Positions 34,489 through 46,026 of a stretch of 64,000 nucleotides of DNA are shown here, piece after piece. Positions within the stretch are counted from its first letter, which is position 1. Each line of letters starts with the position of its first letter. The notes under the pieces were generated by a model that did no database searches, was not told where the DNA came from, and was given only the letters and a program-made list of their open reading frames with translations. The stretch covers positions 62,001 through 126,000 of the forward strand of contig JAVKOQ020000102.1 in NCBI GenBank assembly GCA_031835245.2. The letters are read 5' to 3'. Origin of the DNA: Balamuthia mandrillaris. Taxonomy: Eukaryota. Made by a program: the position numbers and the translations under genes.

Positions 34489-37487
34489 TCATTGGTGTTC
34501 TGTGTTAGGGAGTTTGTCGTTAACAACGAAAGCTGTGGTGCCTTGGGGAGCTTGAGCGTTCTTTGCAGTTCTCCCAGCTTTCAAGTGCTTCGCCAAAAAT
34601 TGTTCGACACGTTGTCTCAAGTCGATGGTGTTCTCCTGCTTCATAACGCCCTGACCTGGTTGTGGTATGTTGTTATCACCAGAATGAATCGTGACAGAGA
34701 GCACAGAGAGAAAGAGAAGGAGAGAATGGCGGGAGAAGAAAGAATGAATGAAAACCAAAGGAGGACGTACCTTCATCCAGATAAATTACGTACTCGACGG
34801 GAATGCCTTTCTCTCTTACCGTCTGTACCATTTGGAAGGTCTCGCTCATGCTCACTAATCCATCGCCATCGGCGTGAGCTAGCAACATTGGAGCACGGAT
34901 ACTGTTGGCGTGGAACAAGGGGGATACCTTCCTGTTCACGAACTCGTCAGTCAGGTTGCCCATCACTTGCGTCAGCGTTTTTCTCGCCTCTTCTGGAATA
35001 CTCTCTGTGTTGGAGTAATGGTGATAAGAAAGGACAATCTCCTTTGAAGAAAACAGACACAAGAAGGCTACCAAAAAGTAACTTAAGGTTGTTGACCGCA
35101 GGAGTGGCAATAGCACACGCATACAGCTCTGGAGTGAACGCCATTCCCTTTTGAATACAGATCATCTTAGCAATTGAAGAAACCACGTGAGCGAGGGTAG
35201 CCTACCGCAAGAGCAGCATAACCTCCAAAGTAATCAATACCAAATAGCGCCACCTGCTTGGGGTCGGCAATGCCCTTCTTTATCACCCACTGGACCGCAT
35301 CGGTAAGGTCATGTTGAACGCCTTCGATGCCTCGCTTGGTGTCATCACCATCTGAACCTCTGTGAGTGTTTTTGTTGGAAGAAATGTTAACAGAGGTGCA
35401 AACAAAAAAGAAGAGAGTAGGATACCTGAGGTTGACTTGAAGACAACCATACCCTCTGTCTGCCAACTGGTGGTACAAAAGATGTAAGGTATTGCTGAAG
35501 TTGCCACATTCTAATTGTGGATAAAAATGTTACAGTACCCATTGGGCAAGGGCATTATAGCCCCATTGTTCCCTTTCCCCAGGTCCGTGACTGATGGCCA
35601 ACACGATTGGGAGATTCGTTGCCTCCTGTTGTTGATGTTTAACAACAGCATCCCAACTTGGAAGACAAACATATATACCTTAAAAGGGGGGAGTGTGAGG
35701 AATGCTGGCATCTCAAGCCCGTCACGAGCACGGATGGTGATGCTGGCTCTCTTGGCCATTTTGTAAGGAGTCAGCGCCGGCATATCCTCAAAGAGCAAGT
35801 CAAAATCCTCCAAGTCATGGTCGTAGAGGTAGTATCGGGATGGTCTGTAATTGAAGCGGTAGTGAACAACCCATTTCATCTCTTCGTCATCTCTGCTCAC
35901 TGCGATTGTTTGTGTTAGAAGGGCTTTTAAAACATGCAAGTCTGAACGCTTCTTACCAACGCGCACTTCCGCGTCCGGGTGAAGTTTCTCGAAACGACGG
36001 AGCATGCTCTTGAACGAAGGGTCGACGACCTCCCATTCCACTTTTGACCCTACGTAACCCACAGCCTGAGGCACTTGTTTTACTGGGTGCTGAATACACA
36101 AAAAGCAACAACCAAGGTTACCAACAAATGATATGCTGTGCAGAAAAAAGGAGAAGGAAACGGAAACCATAAGGATGTCAACAATGTCATGCTCCGGAGC
36201 CGACATTTCCTTGAGTGTCTCTCCTGTTTGCCCATCCACCAATAAAAGAGCGTTCGAGCTACGGTCTTTGTTGGACAAGACGTAGAGGTTCCCATCCTCA
36301 TCAAACTCCACCACTGAACCGTGTTCCTGTTGAAGGGACGATGAACAAAGACGTTTCACGATGAATAGCAAATCGCATAACAAGCATTCGTACCCCTTGC
36401 TTCCAAGCAATCAACTCCTTCCAAGTACCCTCGGATTCCGAGGGTTTGGTTTTCTTGACCAACAACGCCTGAGTCTGCTCGTAAATGTTGAGAGCGATTA
36501 TGGCTCGGACGTTAAGGTTTTCATCAGGAATAAACGTGGATACAAAACCAGGGTTCTCCATCACCAGTTCGGTCGCACCGGACGTAAGGTTGACCCGATA
36601 GAGGTCCATCAAGGCCGCGTCTCTCAAGTTCATAGTGATCAACGCTAGCGAGCAAATCACGCAAAAGAGGAAAAAATCAGCAAGATTGGTTCACCAGCAG
36701 GAGGGGACAGGGAAAGCAGCTGCAAAGAAAACCTTCATCTGGTTTGTTTCTTTTGAATGTCACTTCTCCAGCAGCGGATCTTTCGAACGGAGTCAAGTCA
36801 CGGATGACCAAAGTCTTTCAAGTTAGAAAAAGTAAAAATGGTCTTTCAGTGACATGTCTACGATACTGGAGCCAGGAAGGAGAGTACCGCCAAGTCAACA
36901 GCATATAGGTGTGGAAGACCAACCCCGTCTTTATCCCTGAAACATAAAAGCTTGCCACTGTTGCCAGCTGGCCAAAGCGCATTGATAACGCTTCTTTTTC
37001 TGTCATAGGTGACCTGTCGTTCGGCATTCTCTTGGCCCTCGGCATAGGCGTTCAAGTCTCGGACCCAGAGGTTCATAGTGTGATTGCCGTGCTCATCCGC
37101 TTTCAAGTAGGCCAGCTTGTTTGTAGTTTTGTCATTCACACATCAGAGACTAGTAACCAAAAAACAGGGGAACCGAAACAACCTTAAGCCCGTCAGGAGA
37201 GATCAAGGGAGAAGCGTATTGGATATGTCCAAACAGAAGTTCAGTAGGGATGAGTTTATACTGGGGCGGGAGAAAATCGCATACGCCGTTATCACAGATG
37301 GCCATTTCGCTGCAACCAGAGACATTAAGAAGGTCAGAGCTAAAAGTTTAAGTTCGCCTCAACTGAAAGAATGATATCAGGGGTCTTACGATGCGTCCTC
37401 TTCTCCGTCATCTGCAGCCCCCAGGCTGCAACAAACCGCAGCGATCAGCACAACAGAGAACAAAACTGAACGGATGCTTCGCCTCAT
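34489..37487 (-). CDS. Secreted S9 (acylaminoacyl/dipeptidyl peptidase) family protein, catalytic Ser and His substituted, multi-exon
   Basis: Signal peptide MRRSIRSVLFSVVLIAAVCCSLGA, beta-propeller region, ARDGLEMPAFLTLP, LADRGYGCLQVNLRGS, QHDLTDAVQW...GIADPKQVALFGIDYFGGY, SPLFHANSIRAPMLL, YLDEGQG...EQFLAKHL. Confidence 0.82.
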
Positions 37488-38011
37488 AATTTTGCTGATA
37501 GAAGTACAAAACGTTGAGACCTGTGTTGCGTATGATTATAGGAGGGAATGTGGCAGTTGCTTTCACCGGTGTTCAACGGTCCGAGTGCCCTGCCGTTGCC
37601 CCTGATACTCAATTTTCTTTCAGGGTGTCCGCTTTTCTTTTTTTTTCTTGTTGCCTCAACAGGCGCTGCACGCTCTTTTTTTGGTAAAATGTTGTGACGT
37701 CAACAAAGAATGTAATGATGTCATCACATTCCTCACATTTTGAGTGCTTTACTGTCGACATAATCGTTTGCTGACGTCAACGCATTGTTGGCATTCCACA
37801 CTTCTTTTTGTCGACACAAAAAAAAGCGAAGAAAGAAGAAAGAGAGATATCAACGAAGGGAATGGCGCAACGGATTTAAAACCCAGCAGCGGTTCGTTTG
37901 TTTTGTTTTCTTGCATTTTTTTTTTGAAAAAAAAAAACTCACAAAAAGTGGAGCAGAACATAGCATTATTATCTTAGTTTAAAACAAAAATTCAACGATC
38001 GGCCGATCATC

Positions 38012-40872
38012 ATGATGGAAGATTCCACACAAACAGCGCCAGACGATCCCCCAAACAAATCTGTGGCTGCTGCTTCGTCTTCTTCCCAACGGGCTTCTCG
38101 CTCCTCCCCTTCCTTGGCGCACTTTTTGGCTCGTGCTAATTCTCCGCATTCTACTGCTGCCGCCACTTCCTCGCCACTGAGTGCGTTCCCTCCGCTACAT
38201 CTCACCACCGCCGGCGGTGAGGATCATCATCAAACCTCAACTCATTCCTCTTCATCTTCGTCTTCGGCTTCTTTCTCTCAGCACCACTTTTCTGAAGAAG
38301 AAGAAGATGAAGAAGAAGAAGACCTAGAAGACGAAGAGGATGAAGATGAAGACGACGAACGTGTTCCCTTTGATGAAAGACTCTTTGCAGCACCTCCGCC
38401 TCCTCTTCTTTCTTCCGCTTCTTCCTCTTCTTCCTCACCCGTGATGCCTCCTCCGCATCCCTCTCACTCTCACTCTCCTCTGTTGCATCAACGTCACCTT
38501 CACCACCACCACCATCATCCCTTAGCCACTGCCCCGCCTCATTTGGAACTCTCGCTGGATCCCTCCTCCTTTAGCGAGGAGGAACTGATGGGCGGATTGG
38601 AGGAAGACCACCACGTCGCTTCCGCCGCTTCTTCTGCTTCCTCCTCTTCAGCCTCCTCTGCGGTCACTTCGCCTCATCACCTTCCCATGCCCCACCCACA
38701 TTTCCACTTTGGCTCTGTAGCTCGACCTTCGGCTTCCTCTGCTTCTGCTTCTTCTTCATCCTCTCCTTCCGCTTCCTCCTCCGCTGCTTCTTCCTCATCC
38801 TCTCTGCATCATTCTCATCACGACCTGTTTTCTCACCATCACAATAATTCGAATGTCGATGAAGCAAACGACTCGTTTGTCTCGCAGTTGGTGAGCGGCT
38901 CAGAGGATCCGCCTGACTTGCATCTGTTAGATGTTATCACTCATCATCATCAACCTCCTTCTCACTCTTCTTCACATGTACAAAGGGACAAACAAAGCAA
39001 CGAAAAGACTTTAACAAATAACAGCGAGTCATCTTCAACATTTGAAGGAAGGAGTAACGAAGAAGACGCAACAAGGATTTCTTTGCACCAAAAACGTCTA
39101 CGACAAGAAGCTGATGACGAAATCCCAACGACAGCATCAACATTACAGCAACAACAAGAAAAGAGGCGACGAGTAACGGAGGAAGATGAAGCCGACTTGT
39201 TTAGCTTCATAACGGAGACAGCTGGCGAAGATGAATCCTCAACCACTTCAACAACAACTACAACTCGATTATCGACTCCATCAGAGTTGACAAATTCTAC
39301 TGCCAATAGCTCTTCCCCTTCTTTGTCGACTTCGCTCTCTTCTTCACAACAAACGATGAACTGCTTTCTGGCTGATGGACTTCAATCGATGATGGAAACA
39401 GAAGATGCTTCCATACTCATTGGACCTTCGCCATCTTCGCTGAGTAAAGGTCGAGCCTATAACGAGCGAGAAAGCCAACAGATGACAGAAGAACGTATTG
39501 AGAGAGAAGAAAATACAGAACGGATAATAGATCCATCCGAAAGGGATAAAGAAGAAGTTGGAACTGCCACAGATCGGCAGTCAAACGATGACGAAAAGGA
39601 AGCAGAAACAGAACCACAACAAAACCAGAAAAAAAAATCATCCTCTCAAAAACGATCGCGACGCAAAAAGGGAGATTCCTCTTCCTCCTCGGATAACAAT
39701 AATTCTCGCCTCAAATGGTCCGAAAGAGTGGAGCAACTGAAGGCATTCATCGAAGAACATGGCCACTGTCGTGTGCCGATGCGGTATAGAGCGAATCCAC
39801 AATTGGGAGCATGGGTGCACACAGCACGGCAGCTGAAGCGAATGGGAAAGTTGAGTGAGGAGAAGCAGAAGGAACTGGATGCGTTGGACTTTGTTTGGCG
39901 GCATCAGGACTTGAGCAATGAAGCTAAATTTGAGAAACGGTTTAAAGGTTTAACTTGCAATTAGTTTTTTCTCTCTCTTAGTTTTCCTTGTACTGTTGGC
40001 TAGATATTCTGTTCTGATTTTCTTAGTTTGGCGTTATTCTTCTTTTTCTTCTGCCTTCTTTTCATTTCCTTTTGTTAATTAATTTCGTTTCTTCTGCAGA
40101 GTTGAAAGAATTCAAAGAACGGTTTGGTCACTGTAAAGTGCCCATCAAATGGAAAGAGAATCCCCAACTAGGCACATGGGTGCACACCATCCGTCAAGCC
40201 AAGAAAAACAGCAAGTTAGATCCACAACGAGAGAACGAGCTGCGTTCCTTGGGTTTCGTTTGGTGCTTGCAACAGCACGACAACAGTGAGACTTGGGCGG
40301 ACAAGGTTCAGGCGCTGCGCGACTTTGTGGAGGAGTTTGGGCATTGCAGAGTTCCCATCAAGTGGAAGCGGAATCCAAAGTTGGGGACATGGGTGCACAC
40401 CACGAGACAGTTGCGAAAAAATGGAAGGTTGAGCGAGGAACGGATAAAGGAGTTGGATTCGGTTGGATTTGTTTGGAGAGTAGAAGTAGTTTGCAACAGT
40501 ACCAGCAATTGTAAGGAGGCATCAGCAGCTTCCTCGGGCTCTGTTTCATTTTCTTCTACTTCTTCTGCTCCCTCTTCTTCGCCAACAACACCACAACCAC
40601 AACAGAATGGTGAGGAAGAAGATGATGGTACTAAAACAGAAGAAAGTAAAGAAGAGGAGGAAGATGAAGCAAATGGTGGTCGACTTATGAGTGAGAATGT
40701 CGTAACGTTTCATCATGTTGGCCCTGCTTCATCAGCATCTTTGGCCTCTTCTGTCCAACCCGTTATGGTTGACAACAGCTTTCAACACCTGGACGAGGCT
40801 GATGTTTTTGTGGAAGCAAACGAACAACAGCATATGACCGCCTTCTCCCTCGAGCAAAATAACCAACAATAA
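38012..40872 (+). CDS. Protein with three helicase-associated (HA) domains and a long low-complexity N-terminus, 2 exons
   Basis: Three repeats of W/F....L..F.E..GHC.VP.....NP.LG.WVHT.RQ.....L...R..EL....FVW. Intron at ~39949-40099. No helicase motifs. Confidence 0.85.
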
Positions 40873-40937
40873 CATTTGCTCCACTTTTGTATTTAACATG
40901 AGAAACAAACATGGAGAGACAGCAAGAAAGAGAGAAA

Positions 40938-42692
40938 TCAGAATTTACTAGGACCTTCGGGGCAGCCATTCTCTCTCGCCCACAGCAACACCTCCGTGTG
41001 GCCATTCACAGCAGCCACCATACAGGTCATCTGGTCCCAAGGGCATCCATTCTCTCTGGCCCACTGCAACACCTTCAAATGGCCGTTGCTCGCTGCGTGC
41101 CAACACGTCTTTTCGTCCCAAGGACAACCACTCTCTCTCAGCCATTGCAAAACTTCCAAGTGTCCTCCTCCTGCCGCAGCAGCACATGTCTTCTCGTTCC
41201 AATTGCATCCGTTTTGCCTCGCCCATTTCACCACCTCTAGATGTCCATTTGCAGCGGCTTGCTTGAGTATAGTCTTGGCGTTCCAAGGACATCCGCTCTC
41301 CGTGGCCCATTTCAAAACGTTCAGATGGCCGCCTCTTGCAGCAGCAGCACAAGTGGAGGCATCCCACAAGGAGCCACGAGTGGCCATCGCCTGTTGCAGG
41401 AGATTAAGCTTTCCTCTGCCAGCCAAAAAACTGCAGATGAAGGGATTGCAAGGACATCCGTTTTGCAAAGCCCATTCAAGTACATCCATATGCGTAAACC
41501 ACTCCACAGCAGAGGATGTCGTGCGTTGGTCCCAAGGACAGCCGTTCTGTCTGGCCCATTGCAATAGCTCCAAGTGGCCTTGTTCAGCAGCTGCAGCGCA
41601 GGTCAATTCGTCCCAAGGACATCCGTTTTCTCTAGCCCACTGAAGCACTTGCCAATGGTTTCCAGCGGCAGCTGAGGCACAAGTCCATTGGTCCCAAGGA
41701 CATCCTCTCTCTCTTGCCCATTGCAACACGTCCAGATGTCCTGCAAAAGCTGCACGAGCGCACGTTTTGGCATTCCAAGGATACCCTTGTTCCTCTCTCA
41801 GCCATCGTAATAGCGCCAACTGTCCTCCCTCTGCTGCACTTCCGCATATTGCTTCTTTATCTGAAGAATATCCGTTGTGAAAGGCCCATTGCAGAACGTG
41901 CAAATGACCACTCCTGGCTGCACTTCTGCACGTCCATTTATCCCAAGCAAAGCCGTTCTCTTTGGCCCACTGCAAAACCTCCAGATGGCCCTTTGCAGCC
42001 GCTTTGGCACACGTGTTCGGGTTTCGTTTCCATTGCGTGGTATCGAAGTTGGAGCAAATCCACTTCAACGCTTCCAAGTGTCCGTTCTTGGCGGCCTCCT
42101 GACATAGATGAGCGTGGGGGGGAGAGCCAGCCTCCTTGAGCCACTGCAGGACATGCAGGTGTCCCCCTTTGGCAGCAAATCTGAAGGTATGAGAGTCCCA
42201 AGGACATTCGTTCTCTCTGGCCCACTGAAGCAGTCGCAAGTGGCCGTATTGAGCCGCTTTGTGGCAGGTAATGACGCTCCAAGGACAACAACCGTTCTTC
42301 TCTTCCCTGGCCCATTGCAACAGTTCCAAATGGCCGTGCTCAGCGGCTGCGTGGCAAAGCCGTTCGTCCCAAGGAAAGCCGTGCTCTCTGGCCCATTGCA
42401 GAAGGTCTAGGCGTCCCTTCTCAGCAAGGACCAAACAAACGTGGTCTGCCTTGTCGCAATCCTTTTGGTCGGTGTGGCCCTCCAGGAAGGCCCAACGAAG
42501 CAACGCAACGCTCTCGCAAATGGGTTTGAGGCAGAGCTTGTTGCGAAGGCTGGGCTCGCTGCAAGCGTACCAAAGGCGGCAGGTACGGGCCGCCACGGCC
42601 ACGAAGTTGGCCGGAAGAGCCGCTAGGATGAGGGACCACAGCTCCTCTGGCAAATGATTGCCGTCGGCGTGCATTTCCTTCTTTTCATACAT
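40938..42692 (-). CDS. F-box + ankyrin-repeat protein (WARENGCPWD type), intronless
   Basis: N-terminal HLPEELWSLILAAL...AARTCRLW followed by many TC..AA..GHL.VLQWAR.NGCPW repeats. Confidence 0.9.
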   Translation of the reverse strand: MYEKKEMHADGNHLPEELWSLILAALPANFVAVAARTCRLWYACSEPSLRNKLCLKPICESVALLRWAFLEGHTDQKDCDKADHVCLVLAEKGRLDLLQWAREHGFPWDERLCHAAAEHGHLELLQWAREEKNGCCPWSVITCHKAAQYGHLRLLQWARENECPWDSHTFRFAAKGGHLHVLQWLKEAGSPPHAHLCQEAAKNGHLEALKWICSNFDTTQWKRNPNTCAKAAAKGHLEVLQWAKENGFAWDKWTCRSAARSGHLHVLQWAFHNGYSSDKEAICGSAAEGGQLALLRWLREEQGYPWNAKTCARAAFAGHLDVLQWARERGCPWDQWTCASAAAGNHWQVLQWARENGCPWDELTCAAAAEQGHLELLQWARQNGCPWDQRTTSSAVEWFTHMDVLEWALQNGCPCNPFICSFLAGRGKLNLLQQAMATRGSLWDASTCAAAARGGHLNVLKWATESGCPWNAKTILKQAAANGHLEVVKWARQNGCNWNEKTCAAAAGGGHLEVLQWLRESGCPWDEKTCWHAASNGHLKVLQWARENGCPWDQMTCMVAAVNGHTEVLLWARENGCPEGPSKF

Positions 42693-42999
42693 TATATATC
42701 ACGACGACACGAAATGCTTAGGGAGGTTCGTGTCGTCCTGATACGTCTTGAACTGACGTCACATTTAGTGTCGACCTACATTCTCCTTCAGGGAAGAGAA
42801 GCCTACCGATGTAGATGCTTCCTCTTCACCCGATGATGGAAGAGCAACCTAACGACGTCGCAGCTTCCTCTTCGCCCGATGTTGTGCCTTCGACGTCGTT
42901 GGGAACCATTCATATTATATATATATAGCATCGTGTTGGTGCCAACATGAATCGAACACGACCAAACAAACGAAAAACATACAGAGTCAAGCGAGGCAG

Positions 43000-43536
43000 A
43001 TGGGAGGCCTTCTGGCAAAGTTCAACTGGGGCAGGAAAGACGTTCGGATACTAATGGTCGGGCTGGACGCCGCCGGCAAGACAACCATTCTCTACAAGCT
43101 CAAACTGGGCGAAGCAATCACCACCATTCCCACGGTAGGCTTCAACGTGGAAACGATCCAGTACAAAAACATCCAATTCACCGTGTGGGACGTTGGAGGC
43201 CAGGACAAACTCCGCCTGCTCTGGAGGTACTATTTCGACGGCACTCAGGGTGTAATCTTCGTGGTGGACGCCAACGATAGGGAACGGATGGAGGAGGCCT
43301 GCGAAGTGCTGCACAGGATGCTCAGGGAGGACCAAATGAGGGGGACTGCCGTGTTGGTTTTGGCCAACAAGATGGACATGCCGGAGGCTATGAGCGTGAC
43401 GGAGGTTAGCGAACGGCTGGGACTGCATGCCATGAAAGAGAGGAAGTGGTTCATCCAGGCCACTTGTGCCACAAGAGGTGAGGGACTTCAAGAGGGGTTG
43501 GCTTGGTTGTCAAGAGCGGTGAACGAAAGACGATGA
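43000..43536 (+). CDS. ADP-ribosylation factor (Arf) small GTPase, intronless
   Basis: MG myristoylation start, [32 protein letters not shown]. Confidence 0.95.
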   Translation: MGGLLAKFNWGRKDVRILMVGLDAAGKTTILYKLKLGEAITTIPTVGFNVETIQYKNIQFTVWDVGGQDKLRLLWRYYFDGTQGVIFVVDANDRERMEEACEVLHRMLREDQMRGTAVLVLANKMDMPEAMSVTEVSERLGLHAMKERKWFIQATCATRGEGLQEGLAWLSRAVNERR

Positions 43537-43989
43537 GGTGACCCATTGGTTGCTAACAGGCAAAGTTATGTACAAACTTTTATTTAACGCACTGAATTGA
43601 TACTGATACCCAGTATCCTCTGTTAAGGAACATTCTGTCCTTCTTTGTTTTTCGATATGTTGGTGTTGGCGAGGAGCATGTTGTTGAAGGTTGTTATTGA
43701 GTCCAGCATCTCTTTCAGTAGACCTGTTGGGGAGGTGAAATGTTGGGGCGCATTTTTCACCTTCGTTGTAGCTTTCTTCTTGTTCTTGTTCTCCTTCTTG
43801 GCACGGACCAACAGCTCGTCGTAGAGGTAAGCCCAAACAAGGTCCCACCACCTCTTCTGTAACCTCACACTTCTCCATAGCCTGTGTTCCAATGTTGCTT
43901 AAAACAGTTACGAAAGGTTTTAATCATAGAATACTGTTTGGTTAAATAATAACAGAGTACAGAAACGTGTCGTGGAGCTCAATGACCTT

Positions 43990-45738
43990 CTATGAGATCT
44001 TGAGAGCCTCGTTGGGACGAAGCATGCCTCTCACGGTTCCTTCTTCTGCTGCTTCCTGCTGGTTCATTGAACGTCCGATGAAACCCTCCTCCGATGCCAT
44101 TTCCTTCACAAGGAACTCTAACTTGTAGACGTCTTTCTTATCAACAGAGAACCAAACCCTCATCACCTCTTCCCTTGTTTCCTTCTGCTCGCCCCACACA
44201 ACGTCCCTTTGTCCAACCTGCACATCAGTTCCTTTTGTGTTAATGTACGTGATGACCGTTTTCTTCTCATCTTCGCCCTCTTCAGCATGCACAATTCCAA
44301 ACAAATGGAACGCCCAACTGTACCAATTCTCCAAACATGAAGCCACCAACACTCTCTTCTTCTGCTCTCCTTCTTCTTTTCCACCCACTTCCACCAATGC
44401 GTGCATCTTCAACTTCCCGTCTCCTTGCAAAGCAGAAATCCCAGACCATTGTGTATGAGGCGCTTCCATCGGTTTGGGTTGCTCGTTGAGCTTTTGCAAG
44501 AACGCTTTCGCGGGAGCGATGAACTGAGCATGCAAAAGTTTGGCAGTTCCATCCAAGTCCGTGGATCCGCTGTACTGTCCAGCCAACCAAACGTCAACAA
44601 GCCCACTGCTGAACCCTCCAGCTCGTCCAAACTCGCTTTGCAAGTTGAGCTGCTTGATATCTGCTCTGATTTCGGAGATGGAAGGAAAACGCGAAGCAAG
44701 TTGGCTTGTGGTAGCGGTTGAGAGAAGGTCCACCACGTTCAAGTGATAGAAGGATAGCATTGTTCCAACAGAAAGGTACAGGTCCACAAAGCGTTCTTCA
44801 CTTGCCTCAGGAATAGTGAACAGAGCAGCAATGTTGTCGCTATAGTGTCCTCCGTCCATCTTTCTCAAAACTTCCACTCTCAACCTGTTCTCTTTCTGTT
44901 GTCCTTGGTCGTCATCGTGAAAGATCCCACACAAGACCAGTTGAGAGTTGAACGCTTTCTTGACAAAGAGAGCCAAAATGCAGCCATAGCCAACTTCTCT
45001 GTCCGAGTGAGCAACCAGCTGCCACCCGTCGGTGTCCGAGCGTCTGCCGTTCAACGAAGGACAATCATTCGGCCAGTAGCCAATCCGTAAAGAAGAGGAT
45101 AAAGGAGACCATTCGATCAGTTGCTCGCCTGCTCTGCACCATATTTGTCCTATTGGAGGCGAAGACGACAAAGCAGATGCTGAGGATGAAGAAGACGAAG
45201 CAGAAGATTGACGATGTAGCCAAGCAACGATGGTGGCACCAGGGACTGAAACGCTGCAAATGGTTTCTAGAGCAGCCCTTTTCTCCCCTTCTATTTCCTC
45301 TTCCGTCAGCTGTTGCACAAGAATTTGGTCACGCGTGGTCCTCGCCAACCACTTTCTGTCTGGAGAGGCAGTTGGCTCTCCGAAACCATACGCCACAGGC
45401 AATGCAGTCTTCCTGACGGAAGAAGAAGCAGATGAAGCGGGTTCCAACAAAACCGCTTCTTTGTGTCCATACAGAAAAAGAGCTCCTCCATCGTGCACCG
45501 AAGAAGAAAGGAACTGCATGCCCCGAAGGTTGTCAAGCACACCAGCGTCCAAGGCTTCTTGCTCGCGTTGCGCCAGGACGGAAGGTCCCACGATCTCGAA
45601 CCCTTTGGGCCCGGCCGACTGCCGGAAGGACCCTCTTTCGTACCCCATCTGGTCGCACAAGGCATCGCTGAAGGGCACACCGATGGCCTGACCGCAGTCA
45701 CAGGGATAGTTGCAACAGCTTCGGCAGGTGGGGTCCAT
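43990..45738 (-). CDS. Hypothetical 582-aa protein with an N-terminal Cys cluster, intronless
   Basis: Long stop-free ORF. Likely start MDPTCRSCCNYPCDCG (ATG 45738), with a GTCGAC motif ~90 bp upstream. No family recognised. Confidence 0.65.
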   Translation of the reverse strand: MDPTCRSCCNYPCDCGQAIGVPFSDALCDQMGYERGSFRQSAGPKGFEIVGPSVLAQREQEALDAGVLDNLRGMQFLSSSVHDGGALFLYGHKEAVLLEPASSASSSVRKTALPVAYGFGEPTASPDRKWLARTTRDQILVQQLTEEEIEGEKRAALETICSVSVPGATIVAWLHRQSSASSSSSSASALSSSPPIGQIWCRAGEQLIEWSPLSSSLRIGYWPNDCPSLNGRRSDTDGWQLVAHSDREVGYGCILALFVKKAFNSQLVLCGIFHDDDQGQQKENRLRVEVLRKMDGGHYSDNIAALFTIPEASEERFVDLYLSVGTMLSFYHLNVVDLLSTATTSQLASRFPSISEIRADIKQLNLQSEFGRAGGFSSGLVDVWLAGQYSGSTDLDGTAKLLHAQFIAPAKAFLQKLNEQPKPMEAPHTQWSGISALQGDGKLKMHALVEVGGKEEGEQKKRVLVASCLENWYSWAFHLFGIVHAEEGEDEKKTVITYINTKGTDVQVGQRDVVWGEQKETREEVMRVWFSVDKKDVYKLEFLVKEMASEEGFIGRSMNQQEAAEEGTVRGMLRPNEALKIS

Positions 45739-46026
45739 TCTTCGTCTTCTTTGTTCTTCCTCGACGCACTTTTTTCCACAAGGGGGGTAACGATTGCACC
45801 AATCAAAAATCAAACATCAAATTCGATTGTCGACGAAAAAAGCTGTATTGCTAAATATGGAAAGCACAATGTGATTGGAATTTAGCCTATATCAATTAAT
45901 ATATCATCAAAAAGGGTTAAAACAGGCTAAACGGGTCTCCAATGCAAAAAAATAAGCCGTGTGTCATTCCACTCAACAAAAATAGTTTTGGATAGCCAAG
46001 TAACGAAAGGAAGGAACAAGGCGGCG

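Noticed and set aside
40950..42400. Regularly spaced DNA repeats resembling a CRISPR or tandem array
   Set aside because: They are the codons of ankyrin repeats within one ORF; no invariant repeats with unique spacers and no cas genes.
43510..43892. Small minus-strand ORFs between Arf and the 582-aa gene
   Set aside because: Overlapping alternative frames, no motif and no convincing start; cannot be called.
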